Source: Candidatus Magasanikiibacteriota bacterium (GTDB lineage Bacteria; Patescibacteriota; Patescibacteriia; Magasanikbacterales; UBA922). Taken from it: a stretch of 41,053 nucleotides of DNA. A program made the position numbers and the translations under genes. The DNA is taken from NCBI GenBank assembly GCA_018650085.1, contig JABIGQ010000035.1:1-41053 (forward strand), given 5' to 3'. Every line of letters begins with the position of its first letter. Position 1 is the first letter of the stretch. The notes under the pieces were generated by a model. That model was not told where the DNA came from. It made no database searches and saw only the letters and a list, made by a program, of their open reading frames with translations. Below, piece by piece: positions 29,814 through 38,183 of this stretch.

Positions 29814-29826
29814 AAGTAGTTTTACC

Positions 29827-29855
29827 TTGCAAAGCAGAGGAAAACACGCTAAAAT
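29827..29855 (+). promoter_or_regulatory. sigma70 promoter directly upstream of the long hairpin
   Basis: TTGCAA-17-TAAAAT; predicted +1 near 29861. Confidence 0.6.
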
Positions 29856-29860
29856 AGAAT

Positions 29861-30036
29861 AGCCTAGATAATACCATTTTCCAATAACCTCTTCCCACCA
29901 AGTCTTGTTAATTTCACTGTATACTTGCTCTAAAAAAACACCGATACTATGGCATCGCTTTGTTTTTTAGACCTGCGTCTACATTGAAATTTCCTACGAC
30001 TTTTGGGTAGGAGTTATTGGAAAGTGGTATTAGGTT
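29861..30036. ncRNA. Candidate structured RNA (~175-nt rod-like hairpin); family not identified
   Basis: Nested stems: ATACCATTTTCCAATAAC/GTTATTGGAAAGTGGTAT, CCCA/TGGG, AAGTC/GACTT, AATTTCA/TGAAATT, TGTA/TACA, TCTAAAAAA/TTTTTTAGA, CGAT/ATCG. Confidence 0.55.
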
Positions 30037-30053
30037 ATTTTTATAATATTTCT

Positions 30054-30446
30054 ATGACATTAAGACAATATCTCACCATCATGATAGTAGCGACATTACT
30101 TTGCTGGACAGCATGGGGTGTTGTGTTATTAAATGTTGACCCGTTTTATGATACTGGCATGGGTTTTCTATTTTTTTATATTAGTTTGTTCTTTTCTCTT
30201 ATCGGGACAAGTTCTATACTTATTTTTGGGTTATCAGTGGTATTTAGTAAAAAAGAACTCCCCATATTTCGTCATGTAAGAAGAACGTTTATTATTGGAG
30301 TGGTTTTAGCGACTACTCTTATAGGATTATTATTTTTACAAGGGAAGCAGTTGTTGACATTATGGAACATGCTTCTTTTATTTTCAATTATTTGTTTTTT
30401 TATTCTTTTTCGTATATCAACGAAATCACAACATAGAAATGTATGA
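30054..30446 (+). CDS. Hypothetical 4-TM membrane protein (start revised to ATG 30054)
   Basis: MTLRQYL..W..V...VDP, FFYISLF; ATGA overlap with proS. Confidence 0.75.
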   Translation: MTLRQYLTIMIVATLLCWTAWGVVLLNVDPFYDTGMGFLFFYISLFFSLIGTSSILIFGLSVVFSKKELPIFRHVRRTFIIGVVLATTLIGLLFLQGKQLLTLWNMLLLFSIICFFILFRISTKSQHRNV

Positions 30447-31702
30447 AGCAGTCACAATTGTTTACAAAGACGAGAAAAGATGTATCTGCTGAGGAAGTAT
30501 CAAAAAACGCACAGTTACTGACTCGTGCTGGATTTATACATAGAGAATTAGCTGGCGTCTACTCATATTTACCATTAGGACTTCGAGTTATAGAAAAAAT
30601 TAAACAAATTATACGTGAAGAATTAAATACTGCTGGGTGCCAAGAAATAGTTATGTCTGCATTGCAAGGAAAAGAAATATGGGAAAAGACAGAACGTTGG
30701 AGTGATGAAATTGTAGATAATTGGTTTAAAACAACACTAAAAAACAAGACAGAGCTTGGTTTAGCATTTACGCATGAAGAGCCTATAGCGAATATCATGA
30801 AAAATTTTGTGCAGTCATACAAGGATCTGCCATTTTTTGCATATCAATTTCAAACAAAATTTCGTAATGAATTGAGGGCAAAGTCAGGAATTATGCGTGG
30901 ACGAGAATTTATTATGAAAGATTTATATTCATTTCATACGACAAAAGAAGCACATGAAGAATTTTATGATAAGATGAAAGAAGTATATATGAATATATTT
31001 CGTAGATTGGGATTGGGAGAAAATACATATTTGACTATGTCATCGGGGGTTCCATTTTCTAAATATTCTTATGAGTTCCAAACTATCTCAGATGCTGGTG
31101 AAGATGTGATTTTATATGATGAAGAAAAAAGAATTGCTATAAATAAAGATGATTTTTCAGATGATATTTTTGAAGATTTTGGATTAAAAAAAGATGAACT
31201 GAATTTTAAAGAAGCACCGTCAATAGAAATTGGAGATATTTATTCTCTGGGGACGAAATATTCAGAAGCACTTGATTTGACCTATGCAGATGCAGAAGGG
31301 AAGGGCCATCCTGTATTTATGGGGAGTTATGGTATAGGTGTCCCACGTGTTATGGGGACTATTGTAGAGGTACATCATGATGAAAATGGTATGATATGGC
31401 CAGCAGCAGTAGCACCATTTCAGGTTCACTTGATTTCACTAAATCAAAATGAAAAAGCAGAACAATTATACAAGGAATTGACAAAAGCTGGGGTTGAAGT
31501 ATTATATGATGATAGAGATACACGAGCAGGTGGAAAATTTGCAGATAGTGATTTGATAGGTATTCCATTGCGTGTTGTGATGAGTAAAAAAACACTAGAA
31601 CAAGATGCTGTAGAAATAAAACAAAGAGGTATAGATGCTTGTGATATGATTCCACTGTTATCTGTAACAAGAGATATGATTATGGATAGGTTGGGGCTTT
31701 AA
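30443..31702 (+). CDS. proS: Prolyl-tRNA synthetase (short bacterial type without INS editing domain)
   Basis: LLTRAGFI, THEE, KFRNELR..GIMRGREFIMKDLYSF, MGSYGIG, anticodon domain DLIGIP. Confidence 0.95.
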   Translation: MKQSQLFTKTRKDVSAEEVSKNAQLLTRAGFIHRELAGVYSYLPLGLRVIEKIKQIIREELNTAGCQEIVMSALQGKEIWEKTERWSDEIVDNWFKTTLKNKTELGLAFTHEEPIANIMKNFVQSYKDLPFFAYQFQTKFRNELRAKSGIMRGREFIMKDLYSFHTTKEAHEEFYDKMKEVYMNIFRRLGLGENTYLTMSSGVPFSKYSYEFQTISDAGEDVILYDEEKRIAINKDDFSDDIFEDFGLKKDELNFKEAPSIEIGDIYSLGTKYSEALDLTYADAEGKGHPVFMGSYGIGVPRVMGTIVEVHHDENGMIWPAAVAPFQVHLISLNQNEKAEQLYKELTKAGVEVLYDDRDTRAGGKFADSDLIGIPLRVVMSKKTLEQDAVEIKQRGIDACDMIPLLSVTRDMIMDRLGL

Positions 31703-31720
31703 TTCGTTTTGATGTATTGT

Positions 31721-32761
31721 ATGTTTGATAGATTGTTTAAGCGTTTTAGTAAAGATATGGGGATTGACTTGGGTACAGCAAATACTCTTGTCTATATTCC
31801 AGAAAAAGGTATTGTGATAGAAGAACCTACAGTAGTGGCTATTAATTTGAGAACAGATCAAATTTTAGCAGTGGGCCAAGAAGCAAAACAAATGCTAGGG
31901 AAAACACCGCCGCATATTACGGTATCACGCCCATTGACAAAAGGTATTATTTCGGATTATGAAGTCACTCAAAAGATGATTAAATATTTTATTGATAAGA
32001 TTCATGAAAATAGTTCATCTTTTATTACTCGCCCACGTATTGTTATTGCGATTCCACTAGAGATAACAGAAGTGGAAACAAAGGCCGTAGAAGATGCAGT
32101 TATTGCAGCGGGTGCAAGAGAAGTTCTGGTAGTACAAGAGCCTATGGCTGCAGCTATTGGGGCACGTATGCCAATCCAAGATCCTATAGGTAATATGATT
32201 GTAGATATTGGTGGGGGGAATACAGAGGTGGCTATTATTTCTTTAAGTGGAATTGTTGCGTGGAAATCTACAGATATTGCTGGAGATGAAATGAATAAAA
32301 ATGTGATACAGTATGCTCGTGAAGTGTTTAATCTTTTTATTGGTGAACATCATGCAGAACAAATTAAATTAAAAATTGGTACTGCAATTGATTTGGGAGA
32401 AAAAATGGAATTTCCTATGCGTGGGCGTGATGTAATTACAGGACTTCCAAGAGAAATTATTGTAAATGATACACAGATTAGAGAAGCGTTGAGCCGGTCA
32501 ATTAAAACAATTGTTGATTTGGTAAAGACAGCCTTGGAGATTACTCCACCTGAATTGACTGCAGATATTCATGAAAGAGGATTATTACTCACAGGTGGTG
32601 GTTCATTACTTCGTGGTATAGATAAGGTCATTGCAAAGGCGACATCCGTGCCAGTACGTATTGCAGATGATCCATTGACTGCAGTAGTTCGTGGTACAGG
32701 GATATTGTTGGAAGAAGAAGACTTATTAAAGGAAGTTGTCTTGCCATCTGCTAGAAATTAG
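31721..32761 (+). CDS. mreB: Rod shape-determining protein MreB (start revised to ATG 31721)
   Basis: GIDLGTANT, EPMAAAIGA, VDIGGG.TE, LTGGG.LL. Confidence 0.97.
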   Translation: MFDRLFKRFSKDMGIDLGTANTLVYIPEKGIVIEEPTVVAINLRTDQILAVGQEAKQMLGKTPPHITVSRPLTKGIISDYEVTQKMIKYFIDKIHENSSSFITRPRIVIAIPLEITEVETKAVEDAVIAAGAREVLVVQEPMAAAIGARMPIQDPIGNMIVDIGGGNTEVAIISLSGIVAWKSTDIAGDEMNKNVIQYAREVFNLFIGEHHAEQIKLKIGTAIDLGEKMEFPMRGRDVITGLPREIIVNDTQIREALSRSIKTIVDLVKTALEITPPELTADIHERGLLLTGGGSLLRGIDKVIAKATSVPVRIADDPLTAVVRGTGILLEEEDLLKEVVLPSARN

Positions 32762-32789
32762 TGTGGTATTCACTGAATATATAATCAAT

Positions 32790-32813
32790 AAACCTCCTAT
32801 TTTAGGGGGTTTT
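32790..32813 (+). terminator. Intra-operon hairpin between mreB and mreC
   Basis: AAACCTCCTA-TTT-TAGGGGGTTT(T). Confidence 0.5.
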
Positions 32814-32826
32814 ATACACAGAGGAT

Positions 32827-33639
32827 ATGTATAGACAAAAAAGACATATAAAAACAATGATAAGTATTGGTATTGTCGTATCATTACTTATTATATTTCA
32901 TTTGGTAGGATGGTTATTGCCAGTGGAACGATTTTTTAGAGGTATTATTAATCCTGGATCACAAACATTGTATCAGTGGAGCATTACTCTCAATGAAGAG
33001 ACAGAACAATTTTCTTCAAAAGAAGAATTAGTAGATGCGTATAAGATATTGAAGCAAAAACAAATAGATACTGTCGTAGATAAATCCAGATTATTATTTT
33101 TAGAAACAGAAAATTTAGAACTTCGTGAACAATTGCATTTCTTATCTACAAGTACATATCAGTATGTAGGAGCATTAGTGATTGGGAAAAACATTGAATC
33201 ACTGAGTAATAGTATTATTTTAAATAAAGGGACGATTGATGGGGTGAAAATAGGGAGTGCTGTTATTGTTGGAAATGGAATACTTGTGGGTATGGTTATT
33301 CGTGTAGATGAGCATACGTCTATTGTGCGGCTGATAAATGATAATCAAAGTAAAGTTGCAGCAATGGTATCAAATGCTGATCATAGTATGGGAATTATAG
33401 AAGGTGGATATGATATTAGTGTGCGTATGAATTTTATTCCACAGCATGAATATATCGCTATTGGAGATATGATTATTACTTCTGGGCTAGAAGGAAATAT
33501 TCCACGTGGATTATTTATTGGTATAATTGAAAGTATAAAAAAGGAAGCATATAAACCATTTCAAGAAGCGATTATACGCCCACCTGTGCATTTGGGGAAA
33601 ATTGCATTGGTTTCTATCATTATTCCAGAAGATTTATGA
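32827..33639 (+). CDS. mreC: MreC
   Basis: EN..LR..L, LNKG..DGV, G.LVG, ITSGL.G..P.GL.IG. Confidence 0.92.
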   Translation: MYRQKRHIKTMISIGIVVSLLIIFHLVGWLLPVERFFRGIINPGSQTLYQWSITLNEETEQFSSKEELVDAYKILKQKQIDTVVDKSRLLFLETENLELREQLHFLSTSTYQYVGALVIGKNIESLSNSIILNKGTIDGVKIGSAVIVGNGILVGMVIRVDEHTSIVRLINDNQSKVAAMVSNADHSMGIIEGGYDISVRMNFIPQHEYIAIGDMIITSGLEGNIPRGLFIGIIESIKKEAYKPFQEAIIRPPVHLGKIALVSIIIPEDL

Positions 33640-34172
33640 TACAGCGTATTATAAAATTTTTAGCAATATTTGCATTGCTTTTTGTGGTAGTTACTATTCA
33701 TTTGGGTATTGCATATATGTTACCATTCCCGTGGAATAGTCTTAATATTTTATTTGTTTTTAGTATTTTATTTTTAGTATTTCGTGGATCTGGTTTGGTT
33801 ATTTGGATTACTTGTGTTATGCATTTTTTTGTAGAATTGTATTCTGCACAGCCATTTGGAATTGCTATGGTTTCTAGTACATTTAGTTTATTGTTTACCT
33901 ATTGGCTATATCAATATATCTTTACAAATAGGTCATGGTATATCGTTATTATTTTATCTATATCATCATTGTTTTTTTATCGTGTAATGAGTACAATATT
34001 GCTTTGGTTATTTTCTATATTTATAAATGATATAGAATTACCATTATCTTCACTTATGATCCAATACGGGTGGGAGATGTTTTGTACTACAGTGGTGGCG
34101 AGTATGTTATATATTATTCCATATATGATGAAACCCAGAGAACAACGTCCTAAAAAAGCATTATTTTTATGA
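33636..34172 (+). CDS. mreD: MreD-like membrane protein
   Basis: Multi-TM protein coupled by ATGA overlaps between mreC and mrdA; called mainly on synteny. Confidence 0.65.
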   Translation: MIQRIIKFLAIFALLFVVVTIHLGIAYMLPFPWNSLNILFVFSILFLVFRGSGLVIWITCVMHFFVELYSAQPFGIAMVSSTFSLLFTYWLYQYIFTNRSWYIVIILSISSLFFYRVMSTILLWLFSIFINDIELPLSSLMIQYGWEMFCTTVVASMLYIIPYMMKPREQRPKKALFL

Positions 34173-36124
34173 ATGAAGATTTTTTTGAACGTCCTACAGA
34201 AAAATACCACTGGGTAGAAGACTCGGTTACATTTGAATATGCAAATAAAAAACAGCCTGTTATTCCACAGTCTAGTGAGTATATGGGTTCTAGTTTTACG
34301 AAACATGTAGCAAAGTGGTCTATTATTGCATTGAGTTTAATATTTCTTATTCTTACGAGTCGTTTTATTTATTTACAAATTATTTTTGGGGATGATTATA
34401 GTCATTTTTCAAAAAGAAATAAAGAACGTATTATTCCTATTTCTGCAGAACGAGGGCTTATTTATGATAGGAATGGTGTACAGTTAACAGAAAATATACC
34501 AAATTTTGCTCTTGCTCTCATTCCACAAGATCTGCCACGAGATAAAGAAGAAAGGGAAAAAATGGTAAGACAGTTAGCAAAGACGACATCCAATGATGAG
34601 GATACTATTCGTGATATATTAAAGAAATATGGGTCATATAGTTATGAGTCTATTGTGATAGAGGAAGATATTGATTATGATACTGCATTAAAATTACAAA
34701 TACAGTCGAGTGAGTTTCCGGGTATTTATATCCAAAGGGGGAGTAAGCGATTATATATTCATCCAGAAGTAGGATTGGACGATTCTGTGGCCTCTACTAC
34801 ATTATTATCTATGTCTCATACATTGGGATATTTGGGGAAATTAAGTCCAGAAGAATTAGATGTATTATATAGTGAGGGATATTTGCCGTCAGATTCTATA
34901 GGGAAAACTGGGGTTGAAAAAATATATGAGGAAAGATTACGAGGGACGTATGGAAAACGACGAATTGAAGTAGATGCACGTGGAAGAGAACAGCAAACAT
35001 TATCTCAGGAGGTTCCTATAGCTGGGAATCACATTGTTTTGTCTATTGATACAGAAATGCAAACAGAGTTGGAAAAAATAATGCAAGAAAAATTAGCAAT
35101 ATATGGGAAAACACGAGCATCTGCAGTGATATCTAATCCACAGACGGGAGAATTACTTGCATTGGTAAGTGTGCCGTCGTTTGATAATAATGATTTTTCT
35201 GGTGGAATTGATGTAAAGACATATCAATCATATCTATCAAACGAGGATAATCCATTGTTTAATAGAGCGATTAGTGGAAAGTTTCCATCTGGATCTGTGA
35301 TAAAACCTGCTATTGCAGCGGCTGCGTTGGAAGAGGAGATTATAGATGCAGGGACAGCATTTTTAAGTACAGGTGGGGTAGGAGTTGGTTCTTGGTTTTT
35401 CCCAGATTGGAAAGATGGTGGACATGGTATGACAGATGTACGAAAATCTATTGCATGGTCTGTGAATACTTTTTATTATTATATTGGTGGTGGGTATAAA
35501 GATTTTGTAGGATTAGGTGTAGATAAAATTATTATATATTTACAGCAATTTGGTTTTTCTCAAAAGTTAGGATTGGATCTCCCCGGAGAAGTGGCTGGTT
35601 TTTTACCATCAAAGTCGTGGAAAAAAGAAGTAAAAGAAGAACCATGGTATGTTGGGGATACTTATAATTTATCTATTGGGCAGGGATATTTTTTGACAAC
35701 TCCACTTCAAATTAATCTAATGACGGCAGCTATTGCAAATGGTGGAACATTATATAGACCGCATGTTGTACAAACTATTGTAGACCCGGTAAATAAAATT
35801 GGGGATACTATTTCTCCAGAGATTATTCATTCAGGATTTATAGATGCTAAACATATCTATACGGTAAAAAAAGGTATGGAGGACTGTGTAAAGGTAGGTT
35901 CGTGTTGGGATTTACGTTATTTGCCATTTCGTTCTGGTGGGAAAACAGGAACTGCTGAGTCAAATGGAAATAAGGATCATCATGCGTGGTTTACTTCTTT
36001 TGCCCCATTTGACAAGCCACGATTGGCGGTAACTGTGTTAGTAGAAGAAGGGGGAGAGGGATCTGCGGCTGCTATGCCGATTGCTGGGGAAATATATAAG
36101 TGGTGGTCTAAAAATAGGTATTAG
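34169..36124 (+). CDS. mrdA: Penicillin-binding protein 2
   Basis: RGLIYDRNG, GKTGVEK.YE, SVIK (SxxK), SVN (SxN), KTGTA. Confidence 0.93.
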   Translation: MNEDFFERPTEKYHWVEDSVTFEYANKKQPVIPQSSEYMGSSFTKHVAKWSIIALSLIFLILTSRFIYLQIIFGDDYSHFSKRNKERIIPISAERGLIYDRNGVQLTENIPNFALALIPQDLPRDKEEREKMVRQLAKTTSNDEDTIRDILKKYGSYSYESIVIEEDIDYDTALKLQIQSSEFPGIYIQRGSKRLYIHPEVGLDDSVASTTLLSMSHTLGYLGKLSPEELDVLYSEGYLPSDSIGKTGVEKIYEERLRGTYGKRRIEVDARGREQQTLSQEVPIAGNHIVLSIDTEMQTELEKIMQEKLAIYGKTRASAVISNPQTGELLALVSVPSFDNNDFSGGIDVKTYQSYLSNEDNPLFNRAISGKFPSGSVIKPAIAAAALEEEIIDAGTAFLSTGGVGVGSWFFPDWKDGGHGMTDVRKSIAWSVNTFYYYIGGGYKDFVGLGVDKIIIYLQQFGFSQKLGLDLPGEVAGFLPSKSWKKEVKEEPWYVGDTYNLSIGQGYFLTTPLQINLMTAAIANGGTLYRPHVVQTIVDPVNKIGDTISPEIIHSGFIDAKHIYTVKKGMEDCVKVGSCWDLRYLPFRSGGKTGTAESNGNKDHHAWFTSFAPFDKPRLAVTVLVEEGGEGSAAAMPIAGEIYKWWSKNRY

Positions 36125-36137
36125 TTTTAAATAGATT

Positions 36138-37955
36138 ATGATCATGAAAGATCATATACAATATATTATTTCTATATGTGCTTTATATATTTCAAGTGTT
36201 TTATATATGAGCTATATTCATGTTGTGCTTGATTGGGATGTATGGTCGTTTCAGATTATATTTCTTTTTTTATTTACTGTTATGTATGCGTCTTTGTTTT
36301 CTTTATGCCAGAGACGAGTTGCGCAAATATTGTTTCTTTTATCTAGTATTCTTTTTGTATTATATGCATTGGTAAATGTGGTGTATGTTCCTGTTTTTCA
36401 TACTATATTACCACTTTATTTTTTAGGGGATAGTTCTTTTGCTTTTTCTATGGTAAAAGATTTTTATAGGGAAATTCCATGGCATGTGTATGGTATAAGT
36501 GTTGTGTATCTTTTTGTGTCATATATAACTTGGTTTTTTATAGGTGAAAAAAATATAGTGAAAAAGAAATTGATTGCTGTGAGTATGTTTATGGGGAGTA
36601 TTGTACTTGGTATATGTGTTCTGCTTTTTACTGCCAATGCGGGGCTTACGGAAAGTCCAGAGAAACGTGTAGCACGTATTGGTATGCATTCAGGATTGGT
36701 CAAACAAATATATACAGATTATTTATCTACTCCATCTGCAGGGGCTGTGGGAGGGGAAGTTTCTATGAGTGATCCCATTTTTTCTACTCGTTATGTGAAT
36801 GAAGGTGTTTTGCCAGAAGTGGGCGATACGCCACATATTATTTTTTATCAACTGGAGTCTATCCCAGCATGGGCACTTTCATATGGTATTGAGGCTATGC
36901 CATTTTTACAATCACTTGTGGAGGATGGTTTATCTGTAAATAATGCTTATCCAAATGGTTGTCATACAATTGATGCAGAGTTTTCTACATTATGCAGTCG
37001 TTATCCACATTCTTATCGTCCCATCGCTTCTATAGGAACAGAAAATGATTATTATTGTCTTCCTCATATTTTAAAAGATGATTATGGATATGGGACAGCA
37101 GGATTTCATGCCAATGAATCTAAATTTTGGAGTAGAGACAAGTTGTTCCCAAAATGGGGGATAGATAATTTGTTTTTTGTTCCAGATACATTTGATACGC
37201 CTAAAATTGATGATAAAGAAGTTGTTGATTACGCCGTACAGTATTTGAGTGAACAGGAAAATCCACAGATGTTATATATAGTAGGGTATAGTTCTCACGC
37301 GCCACATATTTATAATCAGATGGAATATTTGCGTGAGGTTAGTGGTACGGAGATTGATTTTTATAATGGGCCTTTGGAAGATGAATTTATTCCGCGTGTA
37401 GATGTTCCAGTAGAGGGGGATATTAGAGCATATTTAGGGTTTATGGAACCAATTGATAGGGCAATTGAGGCATTGTTTACTGGGTTAGAAGAAAAAGGAC
37501 TGAGAGATAATACTATTGTAGTTATTACTGGGGATCATAGATATTATGACTTTTATGATTCACTGAGTAATGTAGGAAATTTCAAGGATACAAATACAGT
37601 TCCATTTGTTATTGTATTCCCAGATAGCCCTGGAGGTACAGATGATTTACTGGCAAGTCATATAGATATAGCACCTACACTGCTACATGCTATAGAGGGA
37701 GATGAGTACAAGAAAAGGGATGGATTTTTTGGGAGTAGTTTATTTGAAGGAAAAGTAGGCGATGAGGTGATTATGAGTTGTGATAAACAAATTCATTTAA
37801 TTACACCAGAGGGGCTTAGCCTTTATACAAATCAAGATATGCCTGCTATGTCTGTGATAGAAAATAGTCGTGGTTTAGGTAATGAGGAGTTGGAAGATGT
37901 TTCTGGAAGGTTGAGAGGGGTTGTTTTGAAGAGTAATGAGGAGTTGGTGGAATAA
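36138..37955 (+). CDS. LTA synthase (LtaS)-like / sulfatase-fold phosphotransferase
   Basis: ~5 N-terminal TM helices; QLES, TIDAEF (catalytic Thr position), FH....FWSR, SHAP, GDH, SHIDIAPTLL. Confidence 0.8.
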   Translation: MIMKDHIQYIISICALYISSVLYMSYIHVVLDWDVWSFQIIFLFLFTVMYASLFSLCQRRVAQILFLLSSILFVLYALVNVVYVPVFHTILPLYFLGDSSFAFSMVKDFYREIPWHVYGISVVYLFVSYITWFFIGEKNIVKKKLIAVSMFMGSIVLGICVLLFTANAGLTESPEKRVARIGMHSGLVKQIYTDYLSTPSAGAVGGEVSMSDPIFSTRYVNEGVLPEVGDTPHIIFYQLESIPAWALSYGIEAMPFLQSLVEDGLSVNNAYPNGCHTIDAEFSTLCSRYPHSYRPIASIGTENDYYCLPHILKDDYGYGTAGFHANESKFWSRDKLFPKWGIDNLFFVPDTFDTPKIDDKEVVDYAVQYLSEQENPQMLYIVGYSSHAPHIYNQMEYLREVSGTEIDFYNGPLEDEFIPRVDVPVEGDIRAYLGFMEPIDRAIEALFTGLEEKGLRDNTIVVITGDHRYYDFYDSLSNVGNFKDTNTVPFVIVFPDSPGGTDDLLASHIDIAPTLLHAIEGDEYKKRDGFFGSSLFEGKVGDEVIMSCDKQIHLITPEGLSLYTNQDMPAMSVIENSRGLGNEELEDVSGRLRGVVLKSNEELVE

Positions 37956-38183
37956 AAAAATATACTTTACAAAGGGATATATGGCTTCTTAATTAATATA
38001 TTTATAAAGAATTATCTAGTTTCATTGCATGTTTTTTAAAAATATGTTAACTTAATTAAGTTAGATGATTTAGTATATATTACTCTTATATGAGTTTTAT
38101 TTGTTTGGGGGACATTGACATTAATCTGTTTTTATTATAAAGCATCCTTTTTTGGATGTTTTTTTATTTATCTGTTAAAAAAT

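Noticed and set aside
29911-29990. CRISPR-like ATTGAAAT / ATTTCA ends
   Set aside because: These are two arms of one inverted repeat; no direct repeats with spacers and no cas genes.
29861-30053. T-box riboswitch upstream of proS
   Set aside because: No UGGNACC T-box sequence (only GTGGTATT), no recognisable stem I or specifier loop, and another gene lies between it and proS.
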